A stretch of DNA of 64,000 bases from Tetramitus jugosus (taxonomy: Eukaryota; Protista; Heterolobosea): the NCBI GenBank assembly GCA_937625935.1, contig OW569362.1, forward strand, positions 124,001 to 188,000, read 5' to 3'. This document shows, in pieces, positions 55,208 to 64,000 of the stretch. Every line of letters begins with the position of its first letter. Positions within the stretch are counted from its first letter, which is position 1. The notes under the pieces were generated by a model. The model ran no database searches, was not told the DNA's origin, and was given only the letters and a program-made list of their open reading frames with translations. The translations under genes and the position numbers were made by a program.

Positions 55208-56230
55208 TTATGCTTCGTCGTCCTCCATGGAGTCAGTCATAGTCGTATGAGTCGCAGCAGCAATAGTAGTAGTGGTAGTTGTTCTTTGAATGATTTGTTG
55301 TTGTTCCTCATTGCAGCATAGTTGATGCATGTATTCTGCAATGTAATCTCTGTAGGGAACAAGTTGGTTGTGTGGTGTCATCGCACTACTACTTTGATGA
55401 TTGTTACTACTACTACTACTACTAAGACTCTTTGATGATGACAACAGTGTCGACAATGAATGAGAAGAGTAAAGAGATTTAAGAATGTGCGTTCCGTCAT
55501 TATTACCACCACAACAACTATCACTATTGTTGTTGTTGTTGTTGTGAGAATAAATGAGAGCCAATTGTTTGCATGAAGATGATGAAGATGGTGGAGATGA
55601 TGCTGTGGATGATGATGAAAGATTCAATCGTCCCAGTTGAATCGCCATATCTTCAGTCAACAATCGTTTTGCATTGTGTTCATATTCACTCTTGTATTCA
55701 TCGTTCATATGAATCCTCTCATCTTCTCTCCTCAATGCATCAAATGATCTCTTCTTTCCTCTACTACTACTACTATTACTACTATTACTACTATTACTAC
55801 TATTACTACTACTACTACTGGTATGTGGATGAATAGCATTATTATCATTATTATTCATAGTATGAATAGTATTATGTCTACTCTTACTAAGACTACTATT
55901 GCTTCTATTGCTTCTATTACTATGACAAGTGAACTGATGAGGATTCATAGCACTAGTATTTTTGCTATCGTTGTTGTTGTTGATCCAGTGATTGGTAGTG
56001 GTCGTACCACCTGTCGATGTTGTTGACTGATCTGATGATACACTATTATTGATAATATCAGATGAGGATGATGAGGATGGTGAGGATAGAATCTTTGGAT
56101 GGTGGTGAATAACATTGTTATGATATGGGTGATATTTTGTATTGTTCATGTTTGTATTGTTGTTATTGTGATGATTCCACATGACTCCCCCGACTACCCG
56201 ATTCGTTGTTGCTGTTGTCAAAATCTTCAT
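55208..56230 (-). CDS. Low-complexity S/N/H-rich protein of unknown function
   Basis: 340-aa ORF with genome-typical repeat codons and short ordered motifs GKKRSF, KRLLTEDMAIQLGRLNL and QLVPY. Confidence 0.6.
   Translation of the reverse strand: MKILTTATTNRVVGGVMWNHHNNNNTNMNNTKYHPYHNNVIHHHPKILSSPSSSSSSDIINNSVSSDQSTTSTGGTTTTNHWINNNNDSKNTSAMNPHQFTCHSNRSNRSNSSLSKSRHNTIHTMNNNDNNAIHPHTSSSSSNSSNSSNSSNSSSSRGKKRSFDALRREDERIHMNDEYKSEYEHNAKRLLTEDMAIQLGRLNLSSSSTASSPPSSSSSCKQLALIYSHNNNNNNSDSCCGGNNDGTHILKSLYSSHSLSTLLSSSKSLSSSSSSNNHQSSSAMTPHNQLVPYRDYIAEYMHQLCCNEEQQQIIQRTTTTTTIAAATHTTMTDSMEDDEA
55762..55818. repeat. TAC/TAT trinucleotide microsatellite (encodes an S/N run on the minus strand)
   Basis: Direct reading: tactactactactattactactatt...; explains the spurious poly-Y ORF on the + strand. 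Confidence 0.9.
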
Positions 56231-56592
56231 TTAGTCACTTGTGCTTCTGTTGTTCAGCTGTTCTGTAAATACAAGTATGTGTATGATTCAATCTCAAATG
56301 ATACAATGAGAAGAACTGGAATGGAGAGTATCAATATCACTTTTTGTATTATGATCTCTCTCTATCGTGTCGTGCACCACTATTGTGTGTTTCTCTCTTT
56401 TTGTGTCTTTCTCTCGTCTCGGTTCACATGTGGCAAAGAGTCACAATAGCAAGTTGCTCAGGAATTTTAATTGTTTTTTTTAGTCTTATTAACTTTCCTT
56501 TATTCCGACAATTTTCAGAGTTCTCCTTCCCATTGAAGTTACTGCGCAACAACAACATCCAAGCTTCGGAGGGAAAAACGCAAATCATCACC

Positions 56593-56908
56593 ATGGTTGA
56601 GGAATCATCATCATCATCACCATTATCACCACCTTCATCACAAGAACAACAACATCAATCATCATCATTATTATGGTGGCAACAAGAAGAACAACCTGCA
56701 CATGATCATCTCATGAGTCAATTGATGATTCATTGTCCTCGTCTCGTTCCCATTGTTGAACGATCATTGCACATTATAGATGAAGCATTGGATAGATATG
56801 AATTGGATGAGATGTGTATTGGATTCAATGGTGGAAAAGATTCTGTCGTATTGTTGAACATTGTATTGTTGGGTGTATTCCGTAGATATCATCATCATTA
56901 TCATATTC

Positions 56909-56942
<34 letters not shown>

Positions 56943-57651
56943 GAAGAATAAGACATTAACAGATAATGATACAACTATGAATCATCAAGACAACAATAGC
57001 AATACGAATCATCAAATCATGCAACAATACTTTAATAGAATACTGTGTTTTCACTTGTTTCAACCAGATGAATTCCCAGAGATGGTTCAATTCTTACTCG
57101 ACCAGATTCAACTCTATCAATTGAATATGAAACTGGTGAATCATGAATCATCAGCACAGTCATCACAATCATCACAATCATCATCCTCATTCAAATCACT
57201 ACTGTCCTATCTGTTGCAAGAGAAACCGAGATTAAAAGCAGTGTTCATGGGAACGAGACACAATGATCCACATGGTCAATACGTTTCCAATTTCTCTCCC
57301 ACGGATCCCACTTGGCCTCAAATGATGAGAATATCACCCATATTGCACTGGAACTATGAAGACATTTGGGACTTTACCAACGTGTTGCACATACCGTACT
57401 GTGTATTGTATGACAGGGGATATACGAGTATTGGGAGTGTAAAGGACACGATCCCTAATCCTCACTTGTTGCTGTCCATGGATGTATCATCATCAACAAT
57501 AACAGAAACAACAATGACCAATGATGATCATGATGATGATGATGAGAAACCGACGAGGAGGTACAAGAGAGCATGCATGTTACACAATGGAAATGAATAT
57601 GAACGATTCTCTCGCTTTAATTGCACGAATAAAGATCTGACTAATAAATAA
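56593..57651 (+). CDS. FAD1: FAD synthase (FMN adenylyltransferase, PAPS-reductase fold)
   Basis: FNGGKDSVVLL, AVFMGTRHNDPHG, FSPTDPTWPQMMRISPILHW and YCVLYDRGYTSIG; start taken at ATG 56593. Confidence 0.9.
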
Positions 57652-57895
57652 ATAATAAATCTCTTTGAATTCCGTAGGACTACGGACCCGAAGTGAATGT
57701 TGTCTTTGCATTCATGCATGAACAATGCACCACACAATCCATGCTATTCCTTTCCATTGGTATGTCACATGTGTTCTATTGTCTCTGTCTCTCTCTCTCT
57801 CGATTTGATGTTCTCATTCATTCATTCATTTGTTCCAACATGAAACTTACTTACATTGAGTAAGGTGTAGATGTACTGGTTGGTGGATATATGGT

Positions 57896-60020
57896 TCAAT
57901 AGGGATCCATGTCCTGCTCTCGTCCATCATCATCATCACCAAAATCCACAAAATCATCCTTCATCAAATCATCAAAATCTGAACCAGTGATCGGATGCAT
58001 GTCTACTAGTGGTGGTGGTGTAGGTGACGTGGTAGTGGTGGTGGTGGTGGTGGTGGTGGGTGATGCAGGTGATGTTGACACGGATGGTGATCCACGATGA
58101 TGATGATCATTGCTACTACTACTACTACTACTACTGCTATGATGATTATTGAAAGGATTGACTTGATTGTTGTCCGTAATGTTGATAATGTTCACATGAT
58201 GATTGTGATGATTGGGATGATGATTGGATGATTGATCAAGTAGTGATGATGATGATGATGATGATGATAGGAATGTTGTTGAGTGATGAGACTTATTGTT
58301 GTTCTTATGAGATGAAGAGGATGGTGGAGTAGTAGTAGTCGTACTATTATTACTACTACTATTACTACTACTATTACTACTTGGTGGTGTGGTTGTTGTG
58401 GTTATTATTGTATTGGATGAGGATGAATGAGAGGGAGAGGGTAATGATTGTTCCGAGAGTGGTGACATGTTGAGTGATGATGATGATGATTGTTGTTGTT
58501 GTTGTGGATCAGTAGTTGTGATAGTTGGTGAAGAAGAAAACTTTTGTTGCTGTTGTGCAATGGCACTCGTCAATTCATTACTCGTCTGACAATACTGCAT
58601 CAACAGTGCTTGATAATTGATGACATCGTTGAATTGAAGTATTTGATCCTTGAGTGACAATAAAATGTTGTAAACGTTGAAAAAGGAAGGATTTTGTTGT
58701 TCCAGTTTTTGCCATGCTACAGTGAAAGTAGAGTGAGTACATACATGTCACATGAACAGTTTTCATGAAGATCAATACAACAACAATCAAATAACAATCA
58801 ATCACAAATAACAATAACATACTGAGATTGACAAATCCTGGTTCAATGTGATCATATCGACCACACAGGTACGATATAGTCTCACTCTTTGTGAGATACG
58901 ATTTGAGACATTGTTCAATCAATTGTTGAACGAGTTTGATTTGCTCCACTGAGAATCTTCTCATGTTATTACTACTACTATTGTTAGTACTATTGTTATT
59001 GTTAGTACTATTATCATTCATGTTTGTGTCACCACCACCACCACCACCACCACCATTGTTGTTGTTGTTAGTCGTAGTCGTAGTAGTAGTCGTAGTAGCA
59101 GTGGGGTTGTTGGGACTGCTCGTTGTATTGTTATTGTGACCTTGGATCAAAAAGTGATGAGTATGGTTGGGATTGTTTAATTGTTGTTGTTGTTGTTGTT
59201 GTTGCGTGGAAAGTGGTGTACTACTGGTACGACCATTTGTCATTGCAGTAGTAGCAGTAGCAGTAGCAGTAGCAGTAGCTGTTGTAGTTGTACTCGGAGT
59301 GGGAGTAGCAGTCGCATTCATTGTTGGTGTTGTGTTTGTTGTATGACTCGAGAGTGCAGTCGTTGGATGATTGTTTGTATGATGATATGGATTGAGGGGC
59401 ATGTGTTGTTGTTGTTGTTGTTGTGCTTGTTGTGCTTGTTGTGCTTGCCTCGTTGTTGTTGTTGTTGTTGTTGTTGTTGCTCCACTATGATTGATGGTGA
59501 CATGACTCACAGAAGCAGTAGCAGTAGCAGTAGCAACTGTATTCGATGAGGATGAGGATGACAATGGAGATGAAACAATGGAGGAGGAAGAGGGCTGCTG
59601 ATGCATGTGATGAGAATGTGAATGATGCTGCTGATGGTGTGGATGATGACTCATATAATGATGTGCATTGTGTGGATGATGCTGATGAGTCATAAACATG
59701 GGATGATTGCCTTGATGACTGACAGTGGATGGTGTGGTTGTTGTTGTTGTTGTTGTTGTAGGAGTCATCATTGACTGATTGCGCTGTTGTTGTTGTTGTT
59801 GTTGTTGTGATGATTGTGATGATTGTGATGGTGGTGACAATGATGACTGTTGTTGTTCTTGTTGAGGGTTATGGTGATGCATCAGGTGTGTAAAGTGTTG
59901 TTGTTGTTGCTGGTGTGACTGGTGTTGTTGTGGAGGAAAATTGTTGTGGGTGCCTCGTTGTTGTTGTTGTTGTTGTTGATGCTGTTGATGTTGGTGGTGG
60001 TGTTGTTGTTGACTCATCAT
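57896..60020 (-). CDS. Low-complexity protein with a TIGR01589 (A_thal_3526)-like domain; intron 58717-58822
   Basis: Spliced IKLVQQLIEQCLKSYLTKSETISYL...IEPGFVNL|TWQKLEQQNPSFFNVYNILLSLKDQILQFN matches the family pattern VQ.LIE.CL..YM...E....IEP.FT..VWQKLEEEN..FF.AY...L.LK.QI..FN. Confidence 0.8.
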
Positions 60021-60293
60021 TCTTGCGATGATATGTTGGTTAGCTTCTCGTTGGATTATTTACTTTTGATTGGCTTCTGTGAATGCGTGTATCTGCTGTT
60101 TGATAAACACCTTCTTGTTGACACAGAGGATCAATCACACAACAAAAGAAAAAAAAACGAGTTTCAAAAGTCGAAAACAGTTTCAATATTGTTTTTGTTT
60201 TTTATGGTGAGTTTTTTCCTCCGCGAAAGTGAATTCATTCCCATAAATGACAATCGGACTCGGGGGCGGACCATTCCAATCCGATACGAGAAG

Positions 60294-62249
60294 CTATTGT
60301 TCCGAGGTATTCCCAGCTGTAGGGTGGTAGGTTGATTGTATAAGAGTGAGACTGGTTGGTTTCTTTCTCAGTGGAGATTGGTTCTTTCGAATGGATTTTG
60401 GTGAATGACTGAACATGATTTCTTCTTGGTTGGTGGTGTGCTTGTTGTTGGATCTGAAGCCATGATGGGGACCAGGGAAGGAAGAAATGATGGGAGATTC
60501 CGTGTACTGTTGACTCCAGAGTTGAATGGGAGATATAGGAGTGTTATGGTGAACAGAGGGTTCATCTTCTATCAATCCCGTTCTTGTTCCAAGAGGAGAA
60601 CCTCTGTTGTTTGGATCCCGATGGAAATTGGAACGAGAATCCAACACAGGAGAATAATTCGGATTAAAGGACTGGTGATTAAGTCGTTCGTATGCTCTGT
60701 AGTCAACTTCTCTTAGGAACGAAGTACAATCTTTGAACACTCTCTGGGTGATATCATTGTGCTCCCCTAGCCTGTTTTTCGCTATTTTAAGGGCATTTAA
60801 GTGATACTTCTTTGCTTCTTTCCACTTGTTTAGATATTCATACTCTGTTGCTATGTTGCTACACGAAACCACTAGTGAACAATAGAAGGAGTCCACTTCT
60901 CCTGTTTTAAGTACATCATTGTTGGCATAATTTGAAATCTCTTCTTCAATACCATGATACTCACTCGGGATGGAATTAGGTTGATCAAACAGTGATTGTT
61001 CGGGACCATTCACAAACCGAAGTGAGATTTTTAGTGCGTGCATTGCATACTGCAGAGCTGCTTCATGTTTCCCCATTTTACTCAACACAGCTCCCATAGT
61101 TAAAAACGAATCGGCCACTAAACTTGAATCTTCGACTATTCCTCCAGTTTCCTCAACAACAGATATTGATTGAGTGGTTGTTGAATATTTGTCTTCAAAC
61201 ATATCCTTCACATATCCCTCTGGACTCTTGCTCTCCAGAATTATCGGTTCTTTAGGATGATAGTGCTTAGGTATCACTGCTAGGAGTTTGAAAGCATACT
61301 TGAGAGCAATCTTGTATTTTCGTTTCAGCCTGTAACTATAGCTCAAATTGTTACAAGTCACATGATAGATAGACCCAAATTGATCAGGGAATTGCAAGAG
61401 AAATTCGGCGGCTACTTCTTCCGCCAATTTTAGAATAGCAAACTTTGATTCTTCGTCAATAAGGCCCTTTTGCTGATGAGATTTGGATATATTCACATAT
61501 TGAGCAAAGTGAGCTTCAGTATTCGACCTCGTTGTCTCTGTGATATTGTTCATTGCAATCGCATTACACATGTTCAAAAATAGTTTGCATTGATGAGTTA
61601 GCTCCGAGTTTCCTTTTCTCTCCTCGAACATGTTGTCGAGTGTGTATCTTAATTTGTTTGCTGTTAGTTCTAAACTTTCGAGATATCTTTCTTGTTTCAC
61701 TAAATGTCGAATCTGTTCTTCCATTTCCTTCACTGTTATAGTCGCCACAGATATCTGATACTGTTCCGCAATCCTCTCTTTCCTCACAAGACTCGTGGAT
61801 ACTATCCTATTGACCTTGTTCTGAGTCTCAGCAACTTTTTTCGGAGACTCAAACGATGGTGGAACAACTTGATTGAGGTCAAGAGTGGGAGAGTGACTTG
61901 AAGGAGCTAATGATTTAGGTTCGTTCTCTTCACATTCTGAAAGGATACCGAATTGCGTATCGTCCTCAATTCTTCTTTCAATTCTCTTCGAGCTGTACAT
62001 TCTTGAGTAAGTGACAGGTTGGAAGGATGAAACCCTAACTGAATCAGGCACTTCGTTTTCCAAGCGAGAACTGAAGATTGGAGGTATATTTTCTGAATAA
62101 TGACGAGAGTTTTGTACGGCAATGCTTGTCGGTGCAAGGATAGGAATTTGTTTTTCAATGTCTCTTGCTGATGCTGTTTCCACTTTTCTCCTATAGACAC
62201 GACCCGGTGTTGTTGAGGAGCTCACATAAGTGTTCTTGATTTGAAACAT
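60294..62249 (-). CDS. TPR-repeat protein
   Basis: TCNNLSYSYR...ALKYA, ADSFLTMGAVLSKMGKHEAALQYA and SNIATEYEYL..WKEA..YH..ALKIA..LGE. Confidence 0.75.
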   Translation of the reverse strand: MFQIKNTYVSSSTTPGRVYRRKVETASARDIEKQIPILAPTSIAVQNSRHYSENIPPIFSSRLENEVPDSVRVSSFQPVTYSRMYSSKRIERRIEDDTQFGILSECEENEPKSLAPSSHSPTLDLNQVVPPSFESPKKVAETQNKVNRIVSTSLVRKERIAEQYQISVATITVKEMEEQIRHLVKQERYLESLELTANKLRYTLDNMFEERKGNSELTHQCKLFLNMCNAIAMNNITETTRSNTEAHFAQYVNISKSHQQKGLIDEESKFAILKLAEEVAAEFLLQFPDQFGSIYHVTCNNLSYSYRLKRKYKIALKYAFKLLAVIPKHYHPKEPIILESKSPEGYVKDMFEDKYSTTTQSISVVEETGGIVEDSSLVADSFLTMGAVLSKMGKHEAALQYAMHALKISLRFVNGPEQSLFDQPNSIPSEYHGIEEEISNYANNDVLKTGEVDSFYCSLVVSCSNIATEYEYLNKWKEAKKYHLNALKIAKNRLGEHNDITQRVFKDCTSFLREVDYRAYERLNHQSFNPNYSPVLDSRSNFHRDPNNRGSPLGTRTGLIEDEPSVHHNTPISPIQLWSQQYTESPIISSFPGPHHGFRSNNKHTTNQEEIMFSHSPKSIRKNQSPLRKKPTSLTLIQSTYHPTAGNTSEQ

Positions 62250-62424
62250 TATTAGATAATATATTTTGAAGACAATGATATAGCATCAGACCATAAAAGT
62301 ATGCCTGATTTCTTTCTTAACGGTCAATTAAAACCGCCGAGTCTTCTACAATCAAAAAGACCTAGAAAACCATGAGGTCGCACAATCTCGATAAAATACC
62401 GATACCAACTGCGCCGTTGTTGAT

Positions 62425-64000
62425 ATGTTGAAAGAGAATGGTCCTGGAAGTCAGAATACACAACTATCCAAAGAAAGGAGTCAGTTTCTCCCGACCATAA
62501 AGAAAAAGAGAAACTATTGGATTAACAAAGAAGAGACCACGATGAATACTCAGCGAAGAATTTATCGAACTAATCAAGCTGACGAGATTAGTCAACACAA
62601 TGGAATTCTTTCTCTAATCAACAAGCGTCAGATTTCCAAGTCTAGTGACTTAGTCGCCCATATGTTACATTCGGGATCTGCTATTATGCATGTAGAAAGA
62701 ACAATTATCTATCCAGGGCTCAAACAATTTGAGAAACGACAGATTCATACAATAGCGGAGTATGGTGCTGATTATTCGAACTTGAAATTTGATCATGATA
62801 ATCCCAACAGTTCTCATACCCACCGTAAAACCAAGAACCCAAAGTATGATCCACGACAAACACCAGTGAGTGTTGTTCCCTTCGGAGAACAGGTTCAAGC
62901 AACTATCTATTCAAGAAAAGAAGAAACAGGTTTATCATTTCCGAATCTACAACCTCCACCAGAGAGCATTGCTGATGGTATCACCAGCTCAGAATCTTCT
63001 CCAAGGAGCACAGAGAAAGAAAATCCTTTTCCAAGAAGATATGGGGAGTTACTTGATGAATATTCCCTTCATGAAATAATTATTAGGAAAGGGACTACGT
63101 TGACTTCAACCCCAGAATATATGTCGTTTAAGAGAAAGTACAAGTACAATTGGAACTCAATATCTCTAATCATCAACTTGCTCCAGATACTAATGAATGA
63201 ATTGCATGTTCCCACGGCTTATGTTGATGGAAAAGCAGTTGCTCGTCTTGCCCAATGTCGTCAAGAAAGAATTTCAGTTGACCAGTTACTCGATTGCTTA
63301 ATCAACTATGATACTGTAAAGCCATTGGTGGATGTTTCTAAATACAGAGACTTGAAGGGTTCGAGAGCTTGGGCGAGTACAATAATTAGCAAATACTGGA
63401 GAATGCATTCAGCAAAGAAAATGTTAAAACAACTGAAACAGCTAAACAGTTTCGCTACAACAATTCAGAAATGGTGGAGAATCAAACTGGCCTATGCTTT
63501 CACTCGACGAACTACAGAGAGGGTGAGGATAGCAGAAGAGATTGGATGGAAGAACAAAATGTCTGAATTTGTGAAGAATTGGAATACTATTAAGCGCCAA
63601 GGATATGTCGCTTTGCATATTCCATCTCACTCGTTTGATGAAGATGTGAGGAAAGGAATTGTTAAACTTTCTCAGAAACAAAATTCTCAAATACTAAGGT
63701 TGTTGGATCTTGTATTCAATTCTCAAATACTGCGAATCATTTACATTTGCAGTGTTCCTTGTGATGACCAATTCCTTAAATATTTTTTTCATTTACTACT
63801 GCTACATTGTGCGACTTCTGAAGGAAACACTGAGAAAGAAACAAAGAGTAGGGAGCGAAGAATGATTCAATCCTTCAAAAAGAAGATTTCATTCATCCAT
63901 CCCAGCGAGTTCAATCGTCTTCCTCAGTACTACTCCCTCTGCCAAAAACTGTTCCTATCGGAACGAAGTCTGAGATTGCTCCGAACTCAAATTATGTTAG
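62425..64000 (+). CDS. IQCH: IQ-motif-containing protein H-like, running off the right edge (not in the ORF track)
   Basis: Open frame from ATG 62425: GILSLINK, YGELLDEYSLHEIIIRKGTTLTSTPEYMSFKR, AYVDG, IQ-like IQKWWR, LHIPS and QNSQILRL. Confidence 0.75.
   Translation, partial: MLKENGPGSQNTQLSKERSQFLPTIKKKRNYWINKEETTMNTQRRIYRTNQADEISQHNGILSLINKRQISKSSDLVAHMLHSGSAIMHVERTIIYPGLKQFEKRQIHTIAEYGADYSNLKFDHDNPNSSHTHRKTKNPKYDPRQTPVSVVPFGEQVQATIYSRKEETGLSFPNLQPPPESIADGITSSESSPRSTEKENPFPRRYGELLDEYSLHEIIIRKGTTLTSTPEYMSFKRKYKYNWNSISLIINLLQILMNELHVPTAYVDGKAVARLAQCRQERISVDQLLDCLINYDTVKPLVDVSKYRDLKGSRAWASTIISKYWRMHSAKKMLKQLKQLNSFATTIQKWWRIKLAYAFTRRTTERVRIAEEIGWKNKMSEFVKNWNTIKRQGYVALHIPSHSFDEDVRKGIVKLSQKQNSQILRLLDLVFNSQILRIIYICSVPCDDQFLKYFFHLLLLHCATSEGNTEKETKSRERRMIQSFKKKISFIHPSEFNRLPQYYSLCQKLFLSERSLRLLRTQIML

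Noticed and set aside
1-64000. CRISPR arrays, rRNA genes, a transposase or reverse transcriptase
   Set aside because: No regularly spaced repeat-spacer array, rRNA-like sequence, or DDE/HUH/RT motifs were seen.

Overview
Compact, gene-dense eukaryotic (protist) nuclear DNA using the standard genetic code, with short spliceosomal introns, very short intergenic spacers and many trinucleotide-repeat (poly-Q/N/H/S/T) tracts. A heterolobosean/Discoba-like amoeboflagellate is my inference, not something the sequence proves. About 30 mostly housekeeping genes are recognisable: VPS35L, VPS8, TRAPPC6, NDUFAF6, MIC10, NHP2, dynein LIC, DNAI2, TRMT13, TMEM62, TMEM33, HAUS7, a Ctr copper transporter, histone H4, FAD synthase, a LolD/MacB-type ABC ATPase and IQCH. 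The highlight is an apparently intact Fanzor1-type (eukaryotic TnpB/OMEGA) RNA-guided nuclease ORF at 45655-47541 (-). It is followed by a structured ~90-nt candidate omegaRNA scaffold (45566-45654) whose end overlaps the stop codon of a convergent BTB gene, so the predicted guide is antisense to that gene's last codons. On its other side lies a mosaic of truncated host-gene pieces (a VPS35 exon and the C-terminus of an alpha/beta-hydrolase). Other items the ORF track misses or does not explain: an eIF2beta/eIF5-domain + Nudix fusion, a candidate box C/D snoRNA cluster (32736-33279), a decayed RCC1-repeat/kinase pseudogene, a GC-AG intron splitting a Walker A motif, and a GPI-type bacterial-like solute-binding protein. 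All family calls are motif recognition by eye; no database searches were run.
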